Position numbers and translations under genes: made by a program. The notes beneath the pieces were generated by a model. The model was not told where the DNA came from. It saw nothing but the letters and a program-made list of their open reading frames with translations, and did no database searches. From an uncultured Planctomycetaceae bacterium (lineage in GTDB: Bacteria; Planctomycetota; Planctomycetia; Planctomycetales; Planctomycetaceae): DNA of 64,000 nucleotides. Below are positions 33,977 to 43,934 of this stretch, piece after piece. Numbering within the stretch: position 1 is the stretch's first letter; each line of letters starts with the position of its first letter. The stretch spans positions 480,001 through 544,000 of the forward strand of contig CAWFGE010000008.1 of the NCBI GenBank assembly GCA_963815195.1. The letters are read 5' to 3'.

Positions 33977-34109
33977 TGAGCGGCACGGCGCTAGCCGCCG
34001 GTCTGCGTAAGTGGGCGTGGTCTCTACTCGACCAACATCCGCGCAACGTGCCGGTCTGCGTAAGTGGGCTTGGTCTCTACTCGACCGGCGGCTAGCGCCG
34101 TGCCGCTCA
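33977..34109. repeat. REP/MITE-like element: perfect 27-bp inverted arms with an internal 37-bp duplication
   Basis: TGAGCGGCACGGCGCTAGCCGCCGGTC / GACCGGCGGCTAGCGCCGTGCCGCTCA; direct repeat 33997-34033 and 34050-34086 with 1 mismatch. Confidence 0.9.
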
Positions 34110-34166
34110 CATCAATCCCACTTATGGGACAGTCTCTAAGATTTAAGCGTAAGAAGAGATTCTCCT

Positions 34167-35183
34167 ATGGACCCTTTGACGGCATTTACGGAATACGAAG
34201 ACGCTTCGATCAAAGCCATCGCCGCGGCCGATTCTCAAGAGGCGTTGGAGCAAGTCCGCGTGGAGTTCTTGGGGCAGAAAAAAGGCCAACTCCGCGAGCT
34301 GCAAACGCTGATCGGCAAAGCGGACAAGGAACAGCGTCCCGTTTTGGGGAAGAAGTTCAACGAAGTCAAGGAACGGGTGAATGCCGCGTTCGACCAGCGG
34401 AAGCAGGAACTGGAAAAACCGCAAGCTGACGTGGCGGGCTTCGATGTTACGCTGCCGGGGCAAGCTTATGAGCAGGGACGCCGGCATCCGCTGACGCAGA
34501 CCATCGACGAGTTCAAGGACCTGATGGGCCGGTTCGGGTTCACGGTGGCCGAGGGTCCGGAGATCGAAGACGAGCGGCACAATTTCGTGGCCCTCAATAT
34601 CCCCGAAGAGCACCCGGCCCGCGATCCGCTCGACAACTTCTATCTCGCCACGGCTCAGACCGCAGCGGGAAAAAAGGGCAGCCAAGGCCCGGTGCTGCTC
34701 CGCAGCCAGACTTCCACGGTGCAAATCCGCGTGATGGAAACGACCAAGCCGCCGATCCGCATTGTCTCCGTCGGCCGGGTTTACCGCCCCGACACGATCG
34801 ACCGCACGCACTCCTGCATGTTCCATCAAATGGAAGGCCTGATGATCGGCGAGCGCGTGACGATGGCCCAACTCAAAACCATCTTGAGCATGTTCGCCCA
34901 CACGTATCTGGGCGAGGATGTCAACGTGCGGTTTCGGCCGTCGTTCTTCCCCTTCACCGAGCCTTCGGTCGAAGTCGATATGAGTTGGGGCGGCGGCTGG
35001 ATGGAGATCGGCGGCGCGGGCATGGTCGATCCGCACGTGCTCCGGGCGGTGGGCTACGATCCGGACGAAGTCAGCGGGTTTGCGTTCGGGCTGGGCATCG
35101 AGCGGTTCTGCATGCGCCGCCATCACATCGAAGACATCCGCCGGTTCTACGAAAACGACGTCCGCTTTCTGCGGCAGTTTTGA
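34167..35183 (+). CDS. pheS: Phenylalanine--tRNA ligase alpha subunit
   Basis: [50 protein letters not shown]. Confidence 0.99.
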   Translation: MDPLTAFTEYEDASIKAIAAADSQEALEQVRVEFLGQKKGQLRELQTLIGKADKEQRPVLGKKFNEVKERVNAAFDQRKQELEKPQADVAGFDVTLPGQAYEQGRRHPLTQTIDEFKDLMGRFGFTVAEGPEIEDERHNFVALNIPEEHPARDPLDNFYLATAQTAAGKKGSQGPVLLRSQTSTVQIRVMETTKPPIRIVSVGRVYRPDTIDRTHSCMFHQMEGLMIGERVTMAQLKTILSMFAHTYLGEDVNVRFRPSFFPFTEPSVEVDMSWGGGWMEIGGAGMVDPHVLRAVGYDPDEVSGFAFGLGIERFCMRRHHIEDIRRFYENDVRFLRQF

Positions 35184-35529
35184 TCCGCGTCGCAAACTCA
35201 TGGATTCGATCGCGAGATCGCGCAGGTCGAACGGTTGGATTATCGTCCAAAATTGCCGCCGTCGGGAAAAAATTGATGGGAATTTGTCAAGGCGATGGTA
35301 TAATCTCTCCAAACCTCAATTTTTCTTAAATTCCGCGTAACCATTTGGGAACCCGGGCGTTTAATAGACCGAGTCGCGGTCCGCGCGCGGGAAGTCGTTG
35401 AGCGCGCCGCCGATCTCTCGCTCTCCCCCGATGTTTACACTCCCCGCGGGCCTGACGCCCAACCCCCCGCCCAAATTTTTTGGGCGACGCTTTTCACCCA
35501 TCATTCTTCACCCCAAGGATTGCCTCCAC

Positions 35530-36441
35530 ATGACCTCCAAGAAGCGCGGATTTACCCTCATCGAGCTGCTCGTCGTGATTGCGATTATCGCGATTTTGAT
35601 CGCCCTTTTGCTTCCCGCCGTGCAGCAGGCCCGCGAAGCGGCCCGCCGGTCCACGTGCAAAAACAACATGAAACAGTTGGGCATCGCCCTGCATAACTAT
35701 CACGATACGCACGGCCTGTTTCCCTCCGGCGGACTGTCCGCCGGAAACCAGTTGAGCTGGTGCGCCATGATCCTTCCCGAAGCCGATCAGGCCCCCTTGT
35801 ACAAACAGTTCAACTTCAGCACGCAAACCTACACCTCGTTCAACGCGATGGGATTGACCCGCATTCCGGTGTTTCTCTGCCCCAGCGCCATCGGCTCCAA
35901 TGAATTGACGACCAACAGCGGCGAATACTCCGGCGGCACGCCGACCTACACGACCCACTACTACGGCGTGATGGGACCCACCGGACCGATGCCCAACTCG
36001 AACCCGGTCGTCAACTACGGCGAATACACCGGCCAGCCCGGGCACGGCGACTACGGAACGACCGGACTCTTGTTCCGCAACAGCAACACCGGCATCCGCG
36101 ACATCACCGATGGGGCCTCCAACACCTTCCTGCTCGGCGAAAGCTCCTTCGGCAAAGACGCCCAGGGCAACACCAACACGGGCTATCGAATTTGGACCCG
36201 CGGGGCCTCCGGCAGCGCGATGGGCAGTTGCAAGAACATCCAATACAACATCAACTACCAGGCCTACACGTCGGCCAACTTCAACGATGTGAGCTTCGGC
36301 AGCAACCACACCGGCGGATGCCAGTTCGTGATCGGAGACGGATCCGTGCGGTTTGTCTCCGAAAACATCAACTTCAGCGTCTATCAGGGCACCGGCAGCC
36401 GGAACGGCGGCGAAGTCCAAACCGTCACCTCCTCCAACTAA
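35530..36441 (+). CDS. DUF1559 prepilin-type N-terminal cleavage/methylation protein
   Basis: RGFTLIELLVVIAIIAILIALLLPAVQQAREAARR, HNYHD, FGSNHTGGCQFVIGDGSVRF (H-X9-DG). Confidence 0.96.
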   Translation: MTSKKRGFTLIELLVVIAIIAILIALLLPAVQQAREAARRSTCKNNMKQLGIALHNYHDTHGLFPSGGLSAGNQLSWCAMILPEADQAPLYKQFNFSTQTYTSFNAMGLTRIPVFLCPSAIGSNELTTNSGEYSGGTPTYTTHYYGVMGPTGPMPNSNPVVNYGEYTGQPGHGDYGTTGLLFRNSNTGIRDITDGASNTFLLGESSFGKDAQGNTNTGYRIWTRGASGSAMGSCKNIQYNINYQAYTSANFNDVSFGSNHTGGCQFVIGDGSVRFVSENINFSVYQGTGSRNGGEVQTVTSSN

Positions 36442-36477
36442 CCCATACGGGTTTCCCTTTCGCAAACCTAACCATCG

Positions 36478-36512
36478 GCACGGGCGGATCGCGAATCCGC
36501 CCGTGTTTTTTC
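36478..36512 (+). terminator. Intrinsic terminator
   Basis: GCACGGGCGGAT-CGCGA-ATCCGCCCGTGT followed by a T run. Confidence 0.85.
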
Positions 36513-36795
36513 ACGCAGTGCGAAGCGGAACGCGGCGGACGGATTTTCGTGCTCGGCGATTTTCTTGTGTAACCCATTAACAATTCCCGATCTTTTGGTT
36601 ACAATTCTATGAGGGTCTTTCCCTAGATCCTCCGATTTTGGATACAACCCCTTTCTAAAAAACTCCCGCAAACTTCGCCTTCCCGTCAACGTTCGGATAA
36701 TTCCGCCTTCGATGGGAAGCCAGGGCCAGCCGGCGAGGAGTGGCTTTCACTCCTCCTCACCAGATCGATCCTCAATTTCCAGCGAGTTTTCGCCG

Positions 36796-38625
36796 ATGCC
36801 AAACGAGCAGAATGCATCCAGTTCTGGAGTTTTGGAGAATGGCGAGGTTCCGCCGGTTCCTCCCAAGCCCAAACCGCGAAAAAAAACCACGCCGGCCGAG
36901 TCAACCGCTCCCGTACCGCCCAAGGCCGTTGCCCCGAGGCCCGTACTGCCCAAGGCCGTTGCCCCGAGGCCCGTACCGCCCAAGGCCGTTGCCCCCAAGC
37001 CCGTCGCCCCCAAGCCCGTCGCCAAAAAGCAGGATCCGGCCGCTCCACAGGCGGCGGCTGCACCGCCCGCCGCGAAAGCCTCGGAAGCCATTCCGCCCAA
37101 GCCGGGTTTCGTCAAGCCCGCCGCGGAGCCGGCGAAACCCAAACCGGCCGCTGCCCAATCCACACCGCAGGACGAAGACGACGAGGAGGAACGCGGCGGC
37201 CGGGCCACGGCACCAGGTTGGCGGCAAATGCTCGTGGTGTATTCGGTCAGCATGATTCTGCACGTGGCCGTCTTGGCGATTCTGGGCTTGATCATCCTGC
37301 CCGCCGAGGTCCGCGAAGAGATCTTGAGCGTGATGGTCAAGACGGACAAAGTCATCGACACGCAGCCGCTCGAGGAGCCGATCGAGCAGCCCCAAGTCTT
37401 GGAAGACATGACTGTGGAGGATGCGCCGATGGACACCGAGTCGCTCGTCGATAACGATGTCGACAAGGATTCCAATTTCGAATTGAACATCAACGATTTT
37501 GAGATGTCCCTCAAGCCGGACACGACCGACGGCGCAGCGCCGCCGGTCACGATCAGTTCGATTTCCCAGGGGCGAAGCGGGGCGACGCGGGACGCCTTGA
37601 ACAAACAACGCGGAGGCAATGCCGAGAGCGATGCCGCGGTGGGCTTCGCGCTCCAGTGGCTGGCGTCGGTCCAGCGCCGCGACGGCAGTTGGGACTTTAA
37701 CGATGTGGGCAAATCCTCGGGCGAGGGGCAACTGTCCTGTCCCACCGGCGCGACCGGGCTCGCGCTGTTGGCCTTTCTCGGGGCCGGGCATACGCACATG
37801 AAAGACGGCCACTATAAGGACACGGTCAACCGCGGGCTGTTCTATATGGTGAACTCGGGAATCCGCCAGCCCGCCGGTTTGGATTTTCGCGGCCGAAGCC
37901 CCGGCAACGAAGGCATGTACGTGCAGGCGATCTGCGCGACCGCGCTCGCGGAGGCCTATGGGATGACCGAGGACCGCCGGCTCAAGCCTTATGCTCAGGC
38001 GGCCACCGAGTTCATCGTCCGCGCCCAGCACTCGGAAGGCGGCTGGCGGTACAAACCCAATACCGCGGGCGACACGTCGGTCGTGGGCTGGCAGGTCATG
38101 GCCTTAAAGAGCGCGTATCATGCGAAAGTTCCCATCCCCCGCACGGTCGGGATGGGCGTGAACAAGTTCCTCGACGATGTCTCCAATAAAGACAAATCCC
38201 AATACAGCTACATGCCGGGACAGGGGCCGAAGGCCTCTACAACGTCCATTGGCCTGTTGTGCCGAATGTACATGGGCTGGAAAGCCAACAACCCCGCGCT
38301 CGTGGAAGGCGTGAAGTACCTGGCCAAGGTCGGGCCGTCCAAAGGCGATATCTATTACGACTATTATGCCAGCCAGGTCATGATCCAATTCACCGGGGCC
38401 CGCGGCGAACTCTGGACAAAGTGGAACACGGTGATGCGGGATTGGCTGGTCCAGACGCAGAAGAAAGCCGGCCCCGAAAAAGGCAGTTGGGACGTGATCG
38501 AAAAAGGCCACAAAGGCGACCGCGGGGGCCGGCTCTACACAACCTGCCTGGCGGTGATGACGCTGGAAATCTACTACCGCGTCCTGCCGCTCTACCAACG
38601 CGCCGCGGTGGAAGCCGAGTTTTAG
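36796..38625 (+). CDS. Prenyltransferase/squalene-oxidase repeat membrane protein with Pro-rich N terminus
   Basis: TM SMILHVAVLAILG; ALQWLASVQRRDGSW, ATGLALLAFLGAG, AQHSEGGWRY, GDTSVVGWQ, GGRLYTTCL, LEIYYR. Confidence 0.88.
   Translation: MPNEQNASSSGVLENGEVPPVPPKPKPRKKTTPAESTAPVPPKAVAPRPVLPKAVAPRPVPPKAVAPKPVAPKPVAKKQDPAAPQAAAAPPAAKASEAIPPKPGFVKPAAEPAKPKPAAAQSTPQDEDDEEERGGRATAPGWRQMLVVYSVSMILHVAVLAILGLIILPAEVREEILSVMVKTDKVIDTQPLEEPIEQPQVLEDMTVEDAPMDTESLVDNDVDKDSNFELNINDFEMSLKPDTTDGAAPPVTISSISQGRSGATRDALNKQRGGNAESDAAVGFALQWLASVQRRDGSWDFNDVGKSSGEGQLSCPTGATGLALLAFLGAGHTHMKDGHYKDTVNRGLFYMVNSGIRQPAGLDFRGRSPGNEGMYVQAICATALAEAYGMTEDRRLKPYAQAATEFIVRAQHSEGGWRYKPNTAGDTSVVGWQVMALKSAYHAKVPIPRTVGMGVNKFLDDVSNKDKSQYSYMPGQGPKASTTSIGLLCRMYMGWKANNPALVEGVKYLAKVGPSKGDIYYDYYASQVMIQFTGARGELWTKWNTVMRDWLVQTQKKAGPEKGSWDVIEKGHKGDRGGRLYTTCLAVMTLEIYYRVLPLYQRAAVEAEF
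36910..37029 (+). repeat. Coding minisatellite: 3 x 30 bp plus 15-bp units (PVPPKAVAPR)
   Basis: CCCGTACCGCCCAAGGCCGTTGCCCCGAGG in tandem, nearly identical. Confidence 0.9.
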
Positions 38626-38659
38626 ATCGGCGTGCCCAATTCTGCGCGTTTTCCGGGGC

Positions 38660-38810
38660 AAATCCGAAGCACGAAATCCGAATCAAATCCCAAAACCCGA
38701 ATGTCCCAAACAAATCCCCGGCATTGATAAGTCACACCTGTCTCGCGGGGTTTTGAAATTCGAGCTTCGGTCATTGGGGTTTGTTTCGGATTTCGAGATT
38801 CGGATTTCGA
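38660..38810. repeat. Heptamer-rich repeat, complete inverted form (copy 3)
   Basis: AAATCCGAAGCACGAAATCCGAATCAAATCCC... facing TTGTTTCGGATTTCGAGATTCGGATTTCG. Confidence 0.85.
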
Positions 38811-38949
38811 AGTCTCCGGCGTGAATCGCCCCCCAAATTGAATTGGTCGGTGATCCTTGGTCGCTTGAATTCGCACGGCCGTCTCGGAAACGTTAGAATG
38901 CCTTCGCGAGTTGACTTTCCTCAGCAACAACGGACCAAGGACAAAACCG

Positions 38950-40365
38950 ATGCCCAGCCGACTCCGGTACGATGCGACGGCCGCCAAGAAACTCATCCCG
39001 TCGGAGCACTTTGAGGAACTGGAGCCCGAGCTGCTCGGAGCGCGGGACGAGATGTTCGAGGATGTGGGGCTCTGGGAATCAAACGGGGAGATCCCGGCCC
39101 ACAAACAGCCCCTGGATGCGGGCTTCATTCCGCTGCCCGCGAAGATGCTCGAAAGCCGATCCGAAGGGCTGCTCAAGAATATCCAAACCACCGCCGGTCG
39201 GCTCCGCGAGGAACTGGGCAGCGTGGTGTCGCTCGGCATCGGCGGCTCGTACATGGGGGCGCGGGCGCTGTTTGAAGCGCTGTGTCACCCCTATCACAAC
39301 GAACTCCCCGCCGAGGTCCGCGCCCGGCATACGGGCGGGAACGCAGTGCCCCGGATTTACTTTGAAGGCAACAACCTCGACACCGACGCGATGCAGGGGC
39401 TGTTGGACCTTCTCGAATGCCAATCGCAGTCTAAGCCCGGGCAGGACGGGCGGTGGGGGATTGTCGTCATCAGCAAGTCCGGCGGAACGTTAGAGACCGC
39501 GGCGGCGTTTCGCGTGTTCCGCAAAGCCTTGGAAGACCGCTACGGAGCCGACTCCGAAGACGCCCGCAAGTACATCGTCCCCGTGACCGGCGAAACGGGG
39601 AAACTTCGCAATCTTTCAATTGCCCAAGGTTACCCCGACGTGTTCCCCATTCCCGACGGCGTGGGCGGAAGGTTTTCGGTGTTCTCCGCGGTCGGACTCT
39701 TGCCCGCGGCGATTTTGGGTTTGGACGTGGAAGGGCTGCTCGAAGGCGCGGCCGACATGACCGAGCACTGCCGGTCCGCTCCGCTCGGCGAGAATCCCGT
39801 CCTGGATTACGTCGCCGTCTGCCACCTCTTGGAGGAAGAGCATGGCATGAAGACGCGGATTCTCTCGACCTGGGGATCGCGATTGGAGGCGTTGGGTCTG
39901 TGGTACGATCAACTCCTCGCCGAGAGCCTGGGCAAAGAAGAGCAAGGGGCGTTGCCTTTGACCGTCGTCAATACCCGCGACCTGCACAGCCGGGGCCAGC
40001 AGCACCAAGAAGGGACCCGCGACAAGCTCATCACGAACCTCTGGGTGGTGGAGCCTAGCGCGACGCCCATTTCGCTCCCCGAGTTCGCGGGCGATGAAGA
40101 CCAGCTCAACCGGCACGCGGGAAAAACGGTTCCGCAAATGCTCAAGGCGGCCTTTCAAGGCACGAACCAGGCCTACGCCGACGTCCACCGTCCCACCGCC
40201 GATTTGATCCTGCCCCAACTCGACGCATACGCCATCGGCCAGACGCTGCAAATGCTGATGCTGGCCACCGTCGTCGAAGGCCGGCTCATCGGCATCAATC
40301 CCTACGGCCAACCGGGCGTCGAAGCCTACAAAAAAAACATGACCGCAATCCTCTCGGGCGAATGA
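38950..40365 (+). CDS. pgi: Glucose-6-phosphate isomerase
   Basis: GIGGSYMG, VISKSGGTLET, VGGRFSVFS, QLLAESLGK, DLHS.GQ, NPYGQPGVEAYK. Confidence 0.95.
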   Translation: MPSRLRYDATAAKKLIPSEHFEELEPELLGARDEMFEDVGLWESNGEIPAHKQPLDAGFIPLPAKMLESRSEGLLKNIQTTAGRLREELGSVVSLGIGGSYMGARALFEALCHPYHNELPAEVRARHTGGNAVPRIYFEGNNLDTDAMQGLLDLLECQSQSKPGQDGRWGIVVISKSGGTLETAAAFRVFRKALEDRYGADSEDARKYIVPVTGETGKLRNLSIAQGYPDVFPIPDGVGGRFSVFSAVGLLPAAILGLDVEGLLEGAADMTEHCRSAPLGENPVLDYVAVCHLLEEEHGMKTRILSTWGSRLEALGLWYDQLLAESLGKEEQGALPLTVVNTRDLHSRGQQHQEGTRDKLITNLWVVEPSATPISLPEFAGDEDQLNRHAGKTVPQMLKAAFQGTNQAYADVHRPTADLILPQLDAYAIGQTLQMLMLATVVEGRLIGINPYGQPGVEAYKKNMTAILSGE

Positions 40366-40415
40366 ACAACAGCCGCCACATAGAGGTGGCTGACACCTCC
40401 CGCTTGCCTGGCCTA

Positions 40416-41345
40416 TCAAAGCAGATCGCGGAGGTGGAAATGGTGCGGGCCGAGTTTGCCGCCGTAGTTGCCGGCGGTGATGAGAGACAGTTCCCCCTGT
40501 TCGCAAGCCGCGTGGAGGCCGGCGCGCATGGCGTCTTGGACCGCGGTTTCGGACAGGCCATCGATGACGATTTCATAGACCGCCTGGGCGTCCGGCGGGA
40601 TGGCGGTTTTCGTGAGCGGGCGGATCGTGGGGCAGTAGGCGTCGTTCGTGCTGGCTTTGAGGGCTTTGTATTTCGACCCGACTTTGCTGCCGCTGCGCAC
40701 GATCCCGCCGGGGAACGGCAGGATGATGTCCCTCAATTTTCGGATCGCGGCCACGGCGGATTCGGCCGCCTGAAGCGCCGCCTCCGGCGATCGGCCGCAG
40801 AGGATCAGGTTTCCGCCCGCGACGCCTTTGACGGTTCCAAAGCGGTCTTCGCAGACGAACTCGCCGTCCATCACCGGCAATCGCCAAAACCGTCTCGCGC
40901 CGAGTTTCTTGGAGATTTGAAACCCGTCGCCGAAGAACCGCAGCCGCCCGCCCACGGGGATTTGCTTTTCGCGCGGGCAATCTTCGAGGCCGTTGTAGCA
41001 CGCGGTCGTCGGGCAGGTTAGAACGCATTGCCCCACGCGGTTCGCGACGGCTTCGGCCAGCTTGTCCCGGCTGAAGGCGAACACGAGCACAGAGACCCCG
41101 GGCCGGCCGTCGGGCGTTTCCTCCGGGGAGACCGACCTTTCCACCGCGGCTTCGACATCGCAGGCGATCACGCTGGTGGAGAATCCACAGAACTCGCCGG
41201 CGGCGATCCGCGCCCAGTGCTCGGAAGCCGCCGTGATCAACAGCCGCGTTCCCACAATCGGAAACGCTTCGGCAAACGTATCGCGGACGGGGACCCCGTT
41301 GAGTTCAAGGAGCGGGGCTTCCGCGGTGGAGGACGAATCGATCAA
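40416..41345 (-). CDS. fhcD: Formylmethanofuran--tetrahydromethanopterin N-formyltransferase (Ftr/FhcD)
   Basis: DTFAEAF, TPDGRPG, RVGQCVLTCPTTAC, LRFFGDGFQ, PVMDGEF, GGIVRSGSKVGS, VYEIVIDG, AGNYGGKLG. Confidence 0.96.
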   Translation of the reverse strand: MIDSSSTAEAPLLELNGVPVRDTFAEAFPIVGTRLLITAASEHWARIAAGEFCGFSTSVIACDVEAAVERSVSPEETPDGRPGVSVLVFAFSRDKLAEAVANRVGQCVLTCPTTACYNGLEDCPREKQIPVGGRLRFFGDGFQISKKLGARRFWRLPVMDGEFVCEDRFGTVKGVAGGNLILCGRSPEAALQAAESAVAAIRKLRDIILPFPGGIVRSGSKVGSKYKALKASTNDAYCPTIRPLTKTAIPPDAQAVYEIVIDGLSETAVQDAMRAGLHAACEQGELSLITAGNYGGKLGPHHFHLRDLL

Positions 41346-41376
41346 GGGAGCATCCGTGAGTTCAAACGGGGCGTGA

Positions 41377-41447
41377 TCAGCCGGAACGCGCTCGCGTCCG
41401 GTTGTCGCAAGGAACCGGGGCGGACCGGTGCCCCCCTGCGGCTAATC
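41377..41447. repeat. REP-like element (GCCGGAACGCGCTCGCGTCCGGTTGT family), copy 1
   Basis: 26-bp core 41380-41405 identical to 43850-43875; shared tail GGTGCCCCCCTGCGG. Confidence 0.85.
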
Positions 41448-41470
41448 AATGCGATATGAAACACCGCTTA

Positions 41471-42097
41471 TTATGAGGTCTTGGATTTCCCCGTCAACAC
41501 ATTCATGTGGATCAGATGCGGGACGCTCTTGGCGTCCATTTTTTTCATGATTTTGGCGCGGTGGGCTTCGATCGTTTTGAAGGACACGCCCAATTCGCCG
41601 GCGATTTCCTTGCTCGACATCCCCGCCACGACAAAATCCATCACCTCGGCTTCGCGCTTGGTGAGCGATTCCAACCGCTCGGTGATTTCCTTATTATTGG
41701 CCCGCGTCTGCCGGAGTTTGCGGTCGAGCTCGAGCGCCTCTTGAATGTGGTCGAGCAGGATCTGATCGCAGACCGGCTTTTCGATGAAGTCGAGCGCCCC
41801 CGCCTTGATGGCCCGCACCGCCATCGGGACTTCGCCGTAGGCCGTCACGATGATGATCGGGATATCGATGTCGTGCTTGCGGAGATGGTCCTGGAGATCG
41901 AGGCCGCTCATGCCGGGCATGCGGACGTCGAGCACGACGCAGCCGGGCCGGTCCGGATCGTAATGGTCCAAAAAGGCCTGCGCGGACTCGTAAGTCTCCA
42001 CGCGCAGATCGACGGATTCGATCAGCCAGCGGAGCGACTTTCGCATCGCCCGGTCGTCGTCGACCACGAAAACGGTCGGTTCCTGTTCAGGATTCAT
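41471..42097 (-). CDS. FixJ/LuxR-type DNA-binding response regulator
   Basis: VFVVDDD, VLDVRMPGMSG, DFIEKP, LTKREAEV...TIEAHRAKIMKKM. Confidence 0.96.
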   Translation of the reverse strand: MNPEQEPTVFVVDDDRAMRKSLRWLIESVDLRVETYESAQAFLDHYDPDRPGCVVLDVRMPGMSGLDLQDHLRKHDIDIPIIIVTAYGEVPMAVRAIKAGALDFIEKPVCDQILLDHIQEALELDRKLRQTRANNKEITERLESLTKREAEVMDFVVAGMSSKEIAGELGVSFKTIEAHRAKIMKKMDAKSVPHLIHMNVLTGKSKTS

Positions 42098-43777
42098 GTG
42101 ATCGGCTCGCGAGGCATCGGGGAAGATTGAAACGGAACGTGGCACCGGATCCAGCATTTTGCAGGCCCTCCAAACGGCCGCCGTGCGACTCGATAATAGA
42201 ACGGCTGACAGGCAGCCCCATGCCCAGGCGCTTTTCCTGGGTCGTAAAAAACGGTTCAAAAATTCGTTCCTCGAATCCCGGCGTCAGACCCCGCCCGCAA
42301 TCGGTGACGGACACCATGATGTCCTTCGAAGTGGGGGCGTCCACCTGGATCAAGATTTGCCGGCAAGGCTTCGATTCGGAATCGGCCTCCCGCGACTCGG
42401 TCTTGTCGTGCTCGAGCGGCTTCATGGCGTCCACGGCGTTCAGCAGCAAATACACCAGCACCTGTTCGATTTGCAGCGGGTCTCCGTAAACCCGGGGCGA
42501 TTTGATCTTCATATCGAGCCGAACGCTCAAATCGTGCGAGCGGACTTCGGGATCCGTCAGCCGGATCGCGTCGATAATCACATCGGTGAGGTCGGTTTCG
42601 CTTTGGTGGAGTTCGCGTTTTTGCAAGAAGCCCCGCAGCGTGCGGATGTAATCGCTGGCCCGGTTGCACTGCTCGACAATGTCTTGTTGGGCTTCGAGAA
42701 GTTGGCCGGTTGTCACGTCGTCGGCCTTCAACCGCCGGATGCACCCGTGGGCGTAATTGGAGATCGCCGCGAGCGGGTTGTTGAGATAATGGGCCATGAT
42801 CGCGAGCATCTCGGCCATTGTCGCCGCCCGCGAAAGTTGTTCGAGTTCCCGTTCGCGCTTGCGTTCCAAATCTTCCATCGCGGGAGCTGCGTGACATCCC
42901 GGGCGATGACCATCACGGAAACCACTTCCTCCGCGGGCTTAAACGGTCCCAGCCGGCAGGCGTAAACCCGCCGCTTGCCGTCCGGGTCTTCGGAGTCGAC
43001 TTCGAGCTCCACGGTTTCGCCGGTTTCAAACGCCTGTTTCAGAGAGCGTTCGATGTCCGCGTTTCGATCCGGATCGACAAAGTCGTAAATGTTCGCCCCC
43101 ACCACGTCCTCCCAGTTCAACGGAGGAATCGTGCGGTTGATGAACAGAATCGTCCCGTCCCGCACCACGGACAGCACGTAATCCGGCAAATAGGTCAGCA
43201 GCGATCGGAACGGTCCGTTGGGCTCGTGGATGAGATCCCACGCGGCCGGGATGGCCGGCTTTCCGAACGGGGCCTCCTCCAAGGGCGGATTTTGAGCCGG
43301 CCCGCCGTCGGCCGAAGCCCCCGCCACCAACACCACGCCCCGCACGCCGACCAGGTCGCGCTCGGGATTCCACAGCGGCGTGAAATGGCAGTCCACGACG
43401 TGCCGATGGATGGAGAGGCGCTTCGAGAACGTTTCGCCCCGCAAAGCCCGCTCCAAAGCCTGCCGCATTTCCGGGGCGTCCCCAAATACGTCCAGAACCG
43501 ATTGCCCGTAGATTTCCCCGGCCGCAAGGCCCAGAAGGTCCACGCCCGAGCCCTGGAACTGCGTGATCTTCCCTTCCCGGTTGACGGTCCAGACCACGGC
43601 GGGAATCACCGAGAGCGCATACTCCAACTGCTCCCGGCTGGGCGATGCCAGCTCCCAGTGTTTGCGCTCCTCTTCCAGCGAAGCGTTCCGCCGGTCGAGT
43701 TCCTTCCGCGCGCGGCGCAAATCCGCTTTGAGGGACTCGATCTTCTCCTCAAGCTGTCTGACGTCGGGATCCGCCAT
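42087..43777 (-). CDS. PAS-domain sensor histidine kinase (frameshift near 42880)
   Basis: Two PAS-like segments ending ARDVT; then H-box AHYLNNPL, NAVDAM, DCGRG, IFEPFFTT, GMGLPVSRSIIESHGG. Confidence 0.9.
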
Positions 43778-43846
43778 GTCTTGGTTTCACTGAAAAGAGG
43801 AAGTGTTGCTGTTCGGCAATAATCCGCCCGACTTAAGAACCAACGA

Positions 43847-43925
43847 TCCGCCGGAACGCGCTCGCGTCCGGTTGTTGCGATGAACCGGGGCGGTGCCCCC
43901 CTGCGGGCGGTGCCCCCCTGCGGCG
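43847..43925. repeat. REP-like element, copy 2, with duplicated tail
   Basis: Core identical to 41380-41405; GGGCGGTGCCCCCCTGC occurs twice in tandem. Confidence 0.85.
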
Positions 43926-43934
43926 AATCGACCC

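Noticed and set aside
33997..34086. 37-bp direct repeat pair resembling a mini CRISPR
   Set aside because: Only two copies, 16-bp spacer, embedded in an inverted-repeat element, no cas genes
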